Assembly (NCBI GenBank): GCA_036339465.1
Contig: JAYZAY010000078.1
Span: 6,021 to 70,020, forward strand
Direction: 5' to 3'
DNA: 64,000 nt
Source of the DNA: Myxococcota bacterium
Lineage (GTDB): Bacteria > Myxococcota > XYA12-FULL-58-9 > JABJBS01
Shown here: positions 9,277 through 20,466 of the stretch, piece by piece
Layout: every line of letters begins with the position of its first letter
Position numbering within the stretch: position 1 is the stretch's first letter
Notes under the pieces: generated by a model
The model's input: the letters and a program-made list of their open reading frames with translations, nothing else
Database searches by the model: none
What the model was told of the DNA's origin: nothing
Program-made: the position numbers and the translations under genes

Positions 9277-10048
9277 AAACTGATGATTGCCGATAATAAA
9301 GCAGCCATAGCCGGGGCATGAATCCGTAAGACATCAACAGCCGCGCCTACAACATAGTCAATGATTACGAGAGACCCAAGTTGGCGGGATACTGACATCC
9401 TTGCCCAAGGGCATTGGTCGCTGGACTCCTTCCCTTTCTTTGCCGACGACAGGAATAGCCAAATTACGCTTACAATTACAACTTACCGTCTCTCTCGGGA
9501 AACCATACGGCACCCTCGTCAAGTATGACCCCCAAGAAAAAATAAAACCTCCATCGTAAGTCACGTTGCCCGCGGCGAGGAGCACTACATTTTTAATTCA
9601 ATGGTGAAAGTAGTAGAAAAGGCCACCAAAACCATCGAAAGAGAAAACGCGTCTTTTCTGGCCCTACTAAGTATGGAGCAACTCCTCCAAGCCGCGCTCA
9701 TGGGAGATGTAAAAATTTGAAGATTTACAAACTCAAGTCTTAGTCTAGATGGGCCACTCATTAGAGAATCCATAATGAAATCAAAACCCTTCCTGGATGA
9801 ATCCGATACTGAGATATTCATCGAGAAAGGAGATACCTTGCACAAAAAAAATCAGGGTGGTCGATGATTCGTTTGCGTCTGTGAGAAGTTTCAATATGCA
9901 TCCACGTTTCCTCCACTACGATACCCCGGTGTTAGTCAACATCATCGTTGCTAAAGACGCGATCTGCCTCCGCAAAACTTTCTACAACAACATTCGTGAA
10001 GAAGTGACCAAACCTCTCAAAATTCTCGACGACTTAAAGATTGAATAG
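9277..10048 (+). pseudogene. Phospholipase D / cardiolipin synthase-like remnant
   Basis: KLMIADNKAAIAG (9277), WRDTD (9382), and second HKD motif H-K-K-[+1 in A8 run at 9844-9851]-IRVVDD..SFNMHPR..YD. Internal stops and frameshifts. Confidence 0.75.
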
Positions 10049-10238
10049 ACATGAGACAATCGCTTCATTAAAAGATTGTTTCTTACAATCATCTTTAACT
10101 CAAAAAGCTTCGCACAAGCCAATAGTTAAGTTCCGTGGGTTCGAACTGGAGTGGCCCCATTCCTTTAATCACGGCTTATTCTTGGTTCTGACTTCTCATC
10201 CCTGGTATAGAACCAAGAGAATAGAAAAACTTGGAAAT

Positions 10239-11246
10239 ATGAACCGCCAATCTACCAAATATTTATTCGCTTTCCTTCTAGCCATACTTTATGCAGCTCC
10301 AAGCCATGGACAACGGCCTCTTTCTCTCAACTATAGCCAAACAGAAGCTCACGACAGCTGGGACTATTCCCTCGAATTGGCACTGGGTTTCGCCATGGGC
10401 GATCGAACAAACTTCAATGCCCCCCCCTACCTCTTCCCCTATTTAATGGAACATATTCAGTCCCGAGCTATCCGCTTCAACCTCGACTTAATCCTATCCC
10501 TAACAGAACGCACCAAGATCCAGTTTAACTTCCCACTTATCGCCCGCGAGGTATGGGCCACGCAGAGCGGACTCCAAGTCAGCTCGGACCAAACCCTACC
10601 ACCAAAAAGCCATCAGTATCTCGATGTCGGCGCCCAGCAGCCCTCTCTCAATATGGCCTACCAGTTCGCTAGGTATGACTGGGGATATTTTGCTTTAGAA
10701 ACCGGCGTATCCTTCCCGGTGGGAAACCCTGGAATCTCCTCTGGTTTTCCTAAATCGATACCCACAAGCCATGAGCGGGTGCGGTATTCCCTTGGTGGCT
10801 CGTCCTTAATCCATATCGAAAACTTTTCAATCGCAGCAAACTACTTGTTCCATATCTATCCGGGAAACAGTGCATCGTATTTATTAAGAAGATTTCATTC
10901 CAATTTCTTCACAAACGGATCTTTCGTATTCCACTACACACACCAAGTAAAATCCAGATTAAACTACCAAATCAGCCGCGACTTTACCCTGGCCCTAACT
11001 CCCAGTTGGCAATTAATCTTCCCACCTGATCTTAAAGACTACAACGGCATCACGAGTTACGTCAGATACAAGATGGTTCATGAAATTCTTATGGGCGCAG
11101 CAATTCAATATAGAATCGACTCAAAACAGTCTCTGAGCATAACGTTAACAGAACCCATCATCTCCAATTGGGATCGCGATCCCTTCTTCCCAATCACCCT
11201 ACCCACAAGAAGCATAGGTATTGCATGGTGCTGGACAAGTTACTAA
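10239..11246 (+). CDS. Secreted hypothetical protein, probable outer-membrane beta-barrel
   Basis: Signal peptide from ATG 10239; alternating aromatic/amphipathic strands; aromatic C-terminus; overlaps the next gene. Confidence 0.6.
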   Translation: MNRQSTKYLFAFLLAILYAAPSHGQRPLSLNYSQTEAHDSWDYSLELALGFAMGDRTNFNAPPYLFPYLMEHIQSRAIRFNLDLILSLTERTKIQFNFPLIAREVWATQSGLQVSSDQTLPPKSHQYLDVGAQQPSLNMAYQFARYDWGYFALETGVSFPVGNPGISSGFPKSIPTSHERVRYSLGGSSLIHIENFSIAANYLFHIYPGNSASYLLRRFHSNFFTNGSFVFHYTHQVKSRLNYQISRDFTLALTPSWQLIFPPDLKDYNGITSYVRYKMVHEILMGAAIQYRIDSKQSLSITLTEPIISNWDRDPFFPITLPTRSIGIAWCWTSY

Positions 11247-14200
11247 CCCACCGCCATTTATGGCTCCGGCTTATCTTAGTCGTGTTATTCTTGCTGGTAT
11301 CAAGCGGGTCCTACGCCACGCCTTACGGGCCTTACAACAGGAGCCAGGAGCAATGGAATATCCACGAAACCCAACACTTTCGATTTTTTTCCACCGACGA
11401 GACCAAGGAAACCCTTCGTTTTCTTATGTCCATTGCCGATGAAACCTTTGAGTCTCTGAATAAATTCTATCAATACAACCCAAGAGAAAAGCTAAAGGTA
11501 ACCGTCATTGGCTACACCAGTTTTAGCAATGGCTTTGCCGAATATACCCGCGACCGAATCACCATTTTTGCAACTCCCCCCAATTTTTATAAACGCAGCC
11601 GGGTTCCATGGCTCGCAAATGTCTTTACCCACGAATTAAGCCATATACTGTCAATCAATACGGGCACTCCTTTAAACACTCGGGTCCCGCTCTTTTTGAA
11701 TACGGGGATCGTCCGCTCCGGAAACCAATTCCAAGGCCTTTTAAATATACCTTTTTTTCCAGCAAATCAGTCTCGCTGGTTTCGCGAAGGCGTCGCTCAA
11801 TTCGACAGCTATCTCCTCAACCGGGATGGTTTTGACGAAAACCGACAGGCGTACCAGCGAGCAATGACCGAGGACAACCTGTTTTATTCTCTTCAAAAAC
11901 TGAGTTTTTTCGGAGGGGAAAAATGGTACAACACAGGACTTTCCTTTCTTCTTTTCATCGAAAGAAAATACGGTAAAGGAACCGTCCACCAACTTTTCAA
12001 ACGTGCAGGAGAAACGTATTTTTTTCATTTTGAGAATCTATTTAAAGATTCCCTAGGCATTCCCCTTCATGACCTCGAAGATGAATTTAAGCTACATGTC
12101 CAAGCAAGCTTCAATGAACACCTGCAAAACATTTCTCATGGTCAATTCGACGGCCTACCCCTCACTTTAGACCCCTCCCTTACTCCCTACAAAACCCTCA
12201 CACCCACCGAAAAAGAGTTTCAGTCCAAATCCTACCGAGCCATGCCAGTGCGGTCCATCGGTGACGCCATCTACGTCTATCATTTTGGAATGATTCATAA
12301 AACAAAGCTCGGAATGTCTCCATCTCCCCATTTAGAAGAATCACAAGTCATCGCTTCCGCTTCTAGTTTTGCCCTCAATGGAGACCATGGTTTTTTTCTC
12401 CTTCGCGACAAATCCGATTCAGCATCGATCATTCCATCCTTCGACCATCCTGAATTCGAAAGCGCCGATTTGATCTGGCGAACCAATGAAGGAAATGAAG
12501 TTGAATTGATTCACGAATCAGGGCTTTCTCAACTAGACTCATGCCCCTCTAGGCCTGAACTCACTGCGGTATATAATGACGGCGACGGAAGTTTGAAACT
12601 CGCCCTTATTCCCATTTCCAACTTTGGAAAAACCAATCCGAAGGCCCAAAAAGAGAACATCAAGTTTCCCTTGGAAGCCCGACCATTGGATGAAGTTAGA
12701 AATCCGAGATACAGCCCCGACTGTGACCGTATTTATTTTTCAAGACTCACCCACAATGACCATGACCTCTATTATTATGATATACCAACTCAAACGACGG
12801 TAACGGTTGCCTCAGAAAATCACTTCGAGCTTTACCCTCAACCAGTTCCAGATGGCGTCATCTACGCTTCTGATCGCGATGGCACCATGAATATCTACTG
12901 GACCCGTCACAGTGACAACAAGACACTCCAACTAACCCAAGCAGTCACCGGCCACCACGATGTTATTTTGACCCCCCAAGGAATTATCTTCGCCCGACTC
13001 TACAGCACCGGATATCAAATCCATTTCCTACATAAGGAGAAATGGCTCTATCGCGAAGTCGTCCATAATCCAAAAACAACCCAATCCAGCGATCCCCATA
13101 AAACAAAGAAACAAACGCCCATCAAAATTAGTCAATCTAAAATTGTAGAATACAGTCTATGGAACAGCAAAAATTATGTCTCACCAAATTTTTACCCCAT
13201 CCTCTCTTTGGAATTTGATACAAGTCGAACCCGAGAAACACAATTCAGAGCCCTAGCCGGAGTCGAACTTTATATAGAGGATCAGCTCAAACTACATCAG
13301 TTCTCACTACGGGCATTCACCGGTGACCGGAATCGTCTGAATTTGACCTATGCCAACCGCATACTGCCAACCTCCCTCATCTTTTCTGGGGGACTCTACG
13401 ACATTCCAGGTATTTATATTTCCCAATCAGATGCATATACATTTGAGACAGTCACCAACTACCAGTGGTTATTCCTAAGAGCATCTGCCCATCTACCACT
13501 TAATTTATTCTATACCATCGGTTTGAATCTTTCGACTCTCCGTGACATCGGTGTGAGATACGGCAGCGAAGAAGACAGATTTACGTGGAAAAGCCCCCGC
13601 TACGGTCGAGACAGCCTGGAGCTCATGCTCTCATACGTCGGCATCAATAAAAATAACCCAGACTACAGTCCCCGCACCATCAATAGAAGGGGCTACCGAA
13701 AATTTACTTTAGAGCTTGCCTATGCCCAAGAATACAGCCATCCCAAACTTTTGGATTTTGACCCCACTATTCGAGCCGGAAACCTCGCCTTTGGCCAAAC
13801 GAAACTCACCTACACTGAATATTACGCACTCCCCAAACTGCTCAAAGGCTTCTTCGACCACACACTACAGATAGATTTAAATCTCGGCTATATTAGCGAA
13901 CCCATCAGATTTCTCCCATTCATCGGAGGAGGAAGGCTTTACTCTCTGAGTTTAGCTGAGTTTACCACCTCCGTAGGCTTTGTGGGCTATAATTTCTACA
14001 GTCTCACGGGACATACTCTTATGAACCTCGCACTATCATATCGATTTCCCATCTTGCGCAAACTGAGTTTAGAGCTGGGGCCATTTTTTATAGAAGATAT
14101 CTATGGGCAGTTTTTTACCTCCTGGGGCAATATCTGGGGCTACAACAATGACGGTTCTCGTCAGATCCCTTTCATCGATCCCGCGCGTAATGGCCAACAC

Positions 14201-14407
14201 CTCCTCGGTGACATTGGTTTCGACATTAGAATAGGCCACTTTTGGCAAGAAGCCGCACGGAATCTAGGTTCCACCATCCGACTCACATACAGACTTCTCC
14301 CATTCACCGAATGCCCAACCGACGATGTTGATGCAAATCCGGACTGTCTCGGATCGAATGGTCGTAGAGACTTAAGTGTCTACCTCATCTTGGGGGGAGG
14401 ATTCTAA
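11225..14407 (+). CDS. Large secreted protein: gluzincin (peptidase MA-like) domain + TolB/PD40 propeller + Omp85/BamA-like C-terminal barrel
   Basis: ETQHFRF, HELSH with downstream WFREG, NPRYSPD and YASDRDG repeats, beta-strand-rich C-terminus ending in F. Confidence 0.75.
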   Translation: MVLDKLLTHRHLWLRLILVVLFLLVSSGSYATPYGPYNRSQEQWNIHETQHFRFFSTDETKETLRFLMSIADETFESLNKFYQYNPREKLKVTVIGYTSFSNGFAEYTRDRITIFATPPNFYKRSRVPWLANVFTHELSHILSINTGTPLNTRVPLFLNTGIVRSGNQFQGLLNIPFFPANQSRWFREGVAQFDSYLLNRDGFDENRQAYQRAMTEDNLFYSLQKLSFFGGEKWYNTGLSFLLFIERKYGKGTVHQLFKRAGETYFFHFENLFKDSLGIPLHDLEDEFKLHVQASFNEHLQNISHGQFDGLPLTLDPSLTPYKTLTPTEKEFQSKSYRAMPVRSIGDAIYVYHFGMIHKTKLGMSPSPHLEESQVIASASSFALNGDHGFFLLRDKSDSASIIPSFDHPEFESADLIWRTNEGNEVELIHESGLSQLDSCPSRPELTAVYNDGDGSLKLALIPISNFGKTNPKAQKENIKFPLEARPLDEVRNPRYSPDCDRIYFSRLTHNDHDLYYYDIPTQTTVTVASENHFELYPQPVPDGVIYASDRDGTMNIYWTRHSDNKTLQLTQAVTGHHDVILTPQGIIFARLYSTGYQIHFLHKEKWLYREVVHNPKTTQSSDPHKTKKQTPIKISQSKIVEYSLWNSKNYVSPNFYPILSLEFDTSRTRETQFRALAGVELYIEDQLKLHQFSLRAFTGDRNRLNLTYANRILPTSLIFSGGLYDIPGIYISQSDAYTFETVTNYQWLFLRASAHLPLNLFYTIGLNLSTLRDIGVRYGSEEDRFTWKSPRYGRDSLELMLSYVGINKNNPDYSPRTINRRGYRKFTLELAYAQEYSHPKLLDFDPTIRAGNLAFGQTKLTYTEYYALPKLLKGFFDHTLQIDLNLGYISEPIRFLPFIGGGRLYSLSLAEFTTSVGFVGYNFYSLTGHTLMNLALSYRFPILRKLSLELGPFFIEDIYGQFFTSWGNIWGYNNDGSRQIPFIDPARNGQHLLGDIGFDIRIGHFWQEAARNLGSTIRLTYRLLPFTECPTDDVDANPDCLGSNGRRDLSVYLILGGGF

Positions 14408-15342
14408 TGAAAAACCTCGTGTTGCCCGCTTGTATCTACTTTCTGGCTTCCTGTGGGCTCCCCCATGACATCGGCCAACCCGGATCTTACCTCATTGGCA
14501 ACAATTCAACCGTCATCGACTCCGTCACCACCTCGATTCAACACCTCATCATTCTTCAGCACGACATCGCTCAAGCCGAAACATTGATTTACATACTTGA
14601 AGGGGAGTTAGGAAAGCAGGATATCGGGATTGAAGACATGCGCAGACTTAGTCAAAGATTTGGTCAGTTCAGCCTAAAGTTCGAATTATCCCGCTCATTC
14701 TCTTCAGAAGTCACATTACCCCCAACCCAAAACCAACCTTTGCTTAAGCTTGCAGAAGACAATGTGGTAACACTCACCCAACTCGACAATCAATCGATGC
14801 TTGTGGTTGGCATGAATCATTTCATCCCTTCTCTCATCCCAGGACAAGTCAATGGTTACTTTGCTAGTTTTCCTCTATTGCGACAAGACGTGGTCGCCCA
14901 ATTAATCATTGCTAACAAAACGCTTAACGTAGACATACAAATTCACACGCGAGAAATCGCAGCCACACCGAAAGGGGAAGTTCTAGAGATTACTGGACCG
15001 GTAAACGACAAAGTAGATTATCTACAAATCCGTATTCTACAGGAACAGATATTCTCCGATGAGAATATTCCCGTAGATACTTTAATCTCCGGATTAATGA
15101 GCAACGCCGCCGCCCTATCCATTCACCAAAATCTTCTTTATGACGCGACACCTAAAGCTTGTTGGCGATCCCATAAGGAGCTTTTTATTGAAAGCATCTC
15201 GGTGCGAAGAAAATATCAGGAAACCGACCCGACAGCATCGGTCATTATAAACAAATCGGTCAATAGAGAAAAACTTGACTCGGAAAACTGGTTTCCCACA
15301 GAAGCAGTCGAATATCCAATATACTGCAGTGACTACAAATAG
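14407..15342 (+). CDS. Hypothetical lipoprotein
   Basis: Lipobox LASC; TAATG translational coupling to the upstream gene. Confidence 0.7.
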   Translation: MKNLVLPACIYFLASCGLPHDIGQPGSYLIGNNSTVIDSVTTSIQHLIILQHDIAQAETLIYILEGELGKQDIGIEDMRRLSQRFGQFSLKFELSRSFSSEVTLPPTQNQPLLKLAEDNVVTLTQLDNQSMLVVGMNHFIPSLIPGQVNGYFASFPLLRQDVVAQLIIANKTLNVDIQIHTREIAATPKGEVLEITGPVNDKVDYLQIRILQEQIFSDENIPVDTLISGLMSNAAALSIHQNLLYDATPKACWRSHKELFIESISVRRKYQETDPTASVIINKSVNREKLDSENWFPTEAVEYPIYCSDYK

Positions 15343-15352
15343 AACTCGCTGA

Positions 15353-15553
15353 CTAACTGGCTAATTCAACCCTTCCAGAATTAAAAATCGACTGCAATCG
15401 GTCAAGCTCATTCTCAGTCCGACGTAACTCACGCAAATTATCAACACTCGTTTCTACATCACAACGCTGCTTGGCACAAAGATAATCTCGCTGCACTTTA
15501 TCCAAACGCTGACGCCATCTATTTCTCTCTTCTGGGTTCAAAGTATCCTCCAT
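15353..15553 (-). CDS. Small hypothetical coiled-coil protein (66 aa)
   Basis: ATG start, charged helical composition, converges neatly on the upstream operon. Confidence 0.5.
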   Translation of the reverse strand: MEDTLNPEERNRWRQRLDKVQRDYLCAKQRCDVETSVDNLRELRRTENELDRLQSIFNSGRVELAS

Positions 15554-16163
15554 GGACTCTCATCTTCAACAAGATGACGTGCTCAGTGCAAATGCCATTC
15601 AAACAACGAAGCCAATTCAACAGTTTTCTCGGTAAAGACAATCGCCACCCAAGTCCAACATACAATAGCTCAAAATCATAGTAACTCTAAGCTCTAAGAA
15701 AGCAACTTTTGATTTGTGCACTCTTTGCGGCGTCGGGGAAAACCCATCTATCTGGTCTGGAAATGCCTGACACTGGCGTTTTGTTGAGTCAATGATGCCA
15801 CAAAAAGGTTCATACCTGAAAGCCTGGAAGTAGAAGTAATCGCTTTCCACACCACACCAAAGGTGAATTAAACCATCGTTTGGTTACTCTCAAAATCGAA
15901 TATTCCCCTAATCAACAACTTCTCAATAAGCCCATCGGTCAAAATACACCAAAGATGCTTAGGCACTTTAAAATACTCCGGTGATTCTCGAATAACAGCC
16001 CAGACCGTGATCTGTTTTTCGGTAGCATAATCATATGCACTTTCGATAGCTCGAATCATTTTCAAATGGTATTTGCAAAATAACGTCCACTTATTCTCGG
16101 CATCATGCTATCGAAATCCCCTAAGAAAACAATAAAGAATGAGCAGAGCGCACTGCACAAAAA

Positions 16164-16367
16164 TGGCATTATTTGTGCTCTATTTCGCGCCTAACTCCGG
16201 TGGGAGACCACCGGGGCTCATAGATTAGGAATCAGACCGGTAACAGCAAAACACCGATGTGCATGATTCCAGTGGGAGATTGGTTCGCGGCAGTATTTTC
16301 AGTGCCCGTAGATTTTGCCTTCATAGGATACTCAGTGGCACCCGGATTTGAATTCGGAGGTTTCTAG
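16164..16367 (+). pseudogene. Cupin_5 (DUF985) remnant
   Basis: WHY at 16164, in-frame TAG at 16221, then IPVGDWFAA...FAFIGYSVAPGFEFGGF*, matching the family V.PGF.F motif. Confidence 0.7.
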
Positions 16368-16388
16368 TTGAGGGCCCAGGAAAACGGA

Positions 16389-17378
16389 TTATCCGGTAGC
16401 CTCAACATCAAAAGTTAATTCGCTGCTTGACGCGTCCGTAGGAGCACCTTCCGCTCTCTGCATTGCCAAATCACCGATATGATGGATACCTCGCTCCCTA
16501 GCCAATACCATTTGTTTCTGCCTTTCGGCTGCCCGTGCTCGCGTATCATTGGAGAGCGTATCGATACAGTAAGGACAACTTACTCCCGGCTGATATGCTT
16601 CCGATGTCATGTCATCATGAGAAACAGGGTGCCTACAAGCATGGCATTGGTCATAGGAGCCAATATGCAAATCATGATCTACCGCCACTCGATTATCGAA
16701 AACAAAACACTCACCTTCCCACAAGCTGTCTTCTTTTGACACTTGCTCAAGATATTTGAGAATACCGCCTTCGAGATGATAGACTTCCTCAAAGCCTTCT
16801 TGCTTCAAATACGAAGTCGATTTTTCACACCGAATCCCCCCAGTACAAAACATGGCTACTTTCTTATGTTTCTTAGGATCCAGTTCTCTTTGCACATAGT
16901 CAGGAAAATCACGAAAGCTCACGGTCTTGGGATTCTTAGCGCCTTTAAAGGTACCAATAGCCACCTCATAATCATTACGGGTATCAACCAAAACCACTTC
17001 TGGGTCCAAAATCAATTGATTCCAATCCTCTGGTTTAACATAGGTTCCAACAACACGCTTGGGATTGATACTTTCCACGCCCATTGTCACAATCTCTTTT
17101 TTCAACTTAACTTTCGTACGATAAAACGGAAGCTCATCACAAAATGATTCCTTGGTAACAATATCAGTCAGACGTGGATCACTGCCGAGAAAATCCATGA
17201 GGCTGGCGATGCCTTCCCGGGTCCCCGCTACCGTCCCATTCATTCCTTCTGATGCCAGGAGAAGCGTGCCCTTAACACCATTGTTCATCATACAATCTAG
17301 TAGGGGTTCACGTAACATCTCAAAATTATCGAGCGACACAAATTTATACAGTGCCAAAACCATAATCGGTTGGTCCAT
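16389..17378 (-). CDS. trhO: tRNA uridine(34) hydroxylase, rhodanese UPF0176 family
   Basis: [44 protein letters not shown]; AGGAG RBS before ATG 17378. Confidence 0.95.
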   Translation of the reverse strand: MDQPIMVLALYKFVSLDNFEMLREPLLDCMMNNGVKGTLLLASEGMNGTVAGTREGIASLMDFLGSDPRLTDIVTKESFCDELPFYRTKVKLKKEIVTMGVESINPKRVVGTYVKPEDWNQLILDPEVVLVDTRNDYEVAIGTFKGAKNPKTVSFRDFPDYVQRELDPKKHKKVAMFCTGGIRCEKSTSYLKQEGFEEVYHLEGGILKYLEQVSKEDSLWEGECFVFDNRVAVDHDLHIGSYDQCHACRHPVSHDDMTSEAYQPGVSCPYCIDTLSNDTRARAAERQKQMVLARERGIHHIGDLAMQRAEGAPTDASSSELTFDVEATG

Positions 17379-17483
17379 ATCATAACTCCTAATCAATAGC
17401 GCAAAAGGGGCCCACTATCCGATCCCCTCACAACCTGTCTAGCTCAAAACCAATAACCCTTAATTTATTCAGTATCTAGAACG

Positions 17484-19133
17484 CTATTTTCCCGGCGGGA
17501 GCAAAAAATCCGATGGTACAGCGCCTTTCATGACCTCGATACCTTCAGAACTAAGAGCCACCAATGGTTTCTCATGGCCATGGAAAGAAATCCAACCTCG
17601 CGCAATACATCTCCTTAAGAGGCCACGAATCCATCGCTCAGAGTGATCTGCGAGACACCCAAACGTCGAGGTATTCTCCAAACCAGCACTGCGAATTCGA
17701 ACCGTTGCTTTTCCATTCAACAGATCTTTAGCGACACCTAAACCAAAATACCCGTGAATTCTCGCCACTGCACTTAATGCCTTTTGTACCCGAATTCTAA
17801 GTTCACCCTCAGATACACACAGAGGGTGATTTAGCCCTTCGCACCGGTCACATCGACCACAACCCTCTGATTTCTTCCCCTCATCATCAAAATAAGAGAG
17901 GAGTCCTTCATGACGACAACCAGATTGGTCCAGCCACCTGAAAAGCTCTAAAAACTGTCCCCATTTTTGTCGGTGGTGGTTTCGGCTTATGCCCTGTTCT
18001 ATGCACTCCCGCTCGATTCGCATACTTTGTCGACTCATGTCAGCGGTCGTCACAAACATGGCCGCTTGAGCCGGCTTACCATCACGCCCAGCCCTACCTA
18101 TCTCTTGGTAATACGCCTCCAATGATGGAGGTGGCCCAATATGAACAACCAGTCTGACATCCGGGCGATCAATCCCCATCCCAAAAGCCGACGTCGCTAC
18201 AACCACCGAAGTACTTCCTTTTCTGAAGTTCTGCGATAGCTCCTCACGCGCGGATGGAGAAAGTCCTGCATGGTAGGCATGCGCTTGAATTCCCTCTTCC
18301 CTGAGGCAATCAATCCAATCCTCACAGCCCTTACGGGTGCGCACATAAAGGATAGATGCTCCACTCATAACACCGGGGCGCTTCTCAATACGCTTTAAAA
18401 GCAAACGCACAAGGCGACGTTGTTCTTTTGAGTTTTTCTCTTCGTAGATATTAATTCCTAAATTCGGTCGAGAAAATCCTCGAATCACCAATGGTGTATC
18501 CGCAGAAAGCCCGAGACGCCCAACAATATCCTTTCGAACCTGCGCGGTCGCCGTTGCGGTGCAAGCAAGGATATAGTGAGGGTTCAACTCCTCAATAACC
18601 TCAGCCAATCGTAGATACTCTGGGCGAAAATCATGCCCCCACTGACTGATACAATGTGCCTCATCAATGGCAATCATCGATACCTGCTGCCCCCGTAACC
18701 ACGCCCGAAAACTCCTCTTCGTTAGTCGTTCTGGCGCAACATAAACAAGACGGTAAGAACCCGCCTCGATCTTTGCTTTCCGGTAATTATATTCAATTTC
18801 AGATAAACTAGAGGCCAAATACGTGGCCTCAACTCCCAGAGACTTTAAGGATTCAACTTGATCATGCATTAGAGCAATCAAAGGCGAAACAATAATCGTC
18901 ATTCCTTCGAGCTCCGATGCCGGGAGCTGGTAAACGAGACTCTTTCCCGAGCCAGTAGGGGCAACAAAGAGTAATTTTCGACTTTCCACCAGCGCTTCGA
19001 ATGCTTCTCGCTGCTCGGAACGGAAGTCATCATAGCCAAATCGTTCAAGAGCCTTGCCCAGTAAAGGCATCGTCAGAGAGCCTTTATCTTCCTCGGTTTG
19101 AACCGCTGCGTGTGAATAAGAGAAGGCAGACAC
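17484..19133 (-). CDS. recQ: RecQ-family ATP-dependent DNA helicase (helicase + Zn-binding + RQC, no HRDC)
   Basis: PTGSGKS, DEAHCISQWGHDFRPEY, QEIGRAGRDG, CGRCDRC. Alternative start ATG 19070. Confidence 0.93.
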   Translation of the reverse strand: MSAFSYSHAAVQTEEDKGSLTMPLLGKALERFGYDDFRSEQREAFEALVESRKLLFVAPTGSGKSLVYQLPASELEGMTIIVSPLIALMHDQVESLKSLGVEATYLASSLSEIEYNYRKAKIEAGSYRLVYVAPERLTKRSFRAWLRGQQVSMIAIDEAHCISQWGHDFRPEYLRLAEVIEELNPHYILACTATATAQVRKDIVGRLGLSADTPLVIRGFSRPNLGINIYEEKNSKEQRRLVRLLLKRIEKRPGVMSGASILYVRTRKGCEDWIDCLREEGIQAHAYHAGLSPSAREELSQNFRKGSTSVVVATSAFGMGIDRPDVRLVVHIGPPPSLEAYYQEIGRAGRDGKPAQAAMFVTTADMSRQSMRIERECIEQGISRNHHRQKWGQFLELFRWLDQSGCRHEGLLSYFDDEGKKSEGCGRCDRCEGLNHPLCVSEGELRIRVQKALSAVARIHGYFGLGVAKDLLNGKATVRIRSAGLENTSTFGCLADHSERWIRGLLRRCIARGWISFHGHEKPLVALSSEGIEVMKGAVPSDFLLPPGK

Positions 19134-19590
19134 GAGTCATGACTATCGGCTTGAGAATCACTGAGCAAATCATTTAGCACCCAATGCCTCCTAAAAACAC
19201 AGAGGACGTACTTGAACGTACATAGGTAAATACCTCAAGAGAATCGGTCGCCGGAATAATCTAGTTGAACTGACAACTTTCACCCACTTCGAGATTATCA
19301 AAGCGGTGGTATTTGGTGTAAAAGCCGGTCCTAAGAAGCAACCATCGATACCCGCAAACTCCGCAAAAAAATGGACCTCATTAAGCTTCATAACCATCGG
19401 AAAGAGCCAATAAAATCATGGGATGAATACCAGATCTCAACGAAGTGGTTGCAAATTGCGTCTCACCATTCTTATGAGAGGCCCAAGTGAGTTTGATGCC
19501 ACCATGCTCACCGTTGTTATCGTTGATTCTAGCCCCCAAAAAAATAAATCCTTCACCCTTCGCATAACTTCTCCGACCATTTTTCTTAGC

Positions 19591-20466
19591 CTAAACCAAC
19601 ACCGACTGTGAAGCTCCCCGGCGTCCATAAGCAACCAACAATGCCCCTGTAAAATAGACAACAAGGCTATAAACCACAGGCACCACAATATAATCAGCTC
19701 CGAGAAATTTCATCGCCAGCCCAACCGCCAATGTGCAGTTTTGAATCCCTACTTCCAAAGCAATGGTCGCAACCTGCGTATGCGGCAATTGAACGAAACG
19801 AGCCAAACCGAAACCCAAAGCAATAGCGGAAAGATTTAAGAAGATAACAGGCAAGCCCACGAGAGATACCATACTTATGACCGTCGATGAATCCTTGACC
19901 ACCGCCCCCACGACAATCATCAAGAGCATCACCACAGCCACAGTCTTCACGACCTTTTCCAAGAAATGCGCAATCTTGGATAGATAGGCCCTCAAGACCA
20001 TTCCAATCGCAATCGGTAAGCCCATGAGAATCACAATATCCTTGAGCAAAGCGCGAACGGGTAGCCCATGAACCCCTTGCTCTCCACCGACAAATACAAC
20101 CATAGCCAAAAACAGCCACCATGGAATCGAAAGAAAGGTCACGATCCCACTTGTTGCAGTCAAAGCCACCGATAAGGCCGTATCACCTCTAGCTAGACTT
20201 GTGTAAAGGTTGGAATGAGCTCCACCGGGGCAAGCAGTCACTAGAATCAATCCCACCGCTGCATATGGCTCCAATTGAAAAATAAGCGCTGTCAAGAATC
20301 CTAATAGTGGCAAACCCACCAACTGACATCCCAAACCAATTCCAGCCGCCTTTGGTTTTTCATAGAGCCGTTTAAAATCGGTTTTTGTTAACCCCAAACC
20401 CATGGCCAGCATGATTGAACCAACGAAGAAGGAAAGGAACGCATTGACACTGTCCTGATTTTCCAT
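19591..20466 (-). CDS. Bile acid:sodium symporter family transporter
   Basis: MLAMGLGLT..DF, ACPGGAHSN, ARGDTALSV, EVGIQN. Confidence 0.93.
   Translation of the reverse strand: MENQDSVNAFLSFFVGSIMLAMGLGLTKTDFKRLYEKPKAAGIGLGCQLVGLPLLGFLTALIFQLEPYAAVGLILVTACPGGAHSNLYTSLARGDTALSVALTATSGIVTFLSIPWWLFLAMVVFVGGEQGVHGLPVRALLKDIVILMGLPIAIGMVLRAYLSKIAHFLEKVVKTVAVVMLLMIVVGAVVKDSSTVISMVSLVGLPVIFLNLSAIALGFGLARFVQLPHTQVATIALEVGIQNCTLAVGLAMKFLGADYIVVPVVYSLVVYFTGALLVAYGRRGASQSVLV

Noticed and set aside
15617-16065. Two short minus-strand ORFs (65 and 77 aa)
   Set aside because: Different frames, weak starts, no motif recognised; may be another remnant but unsupported.
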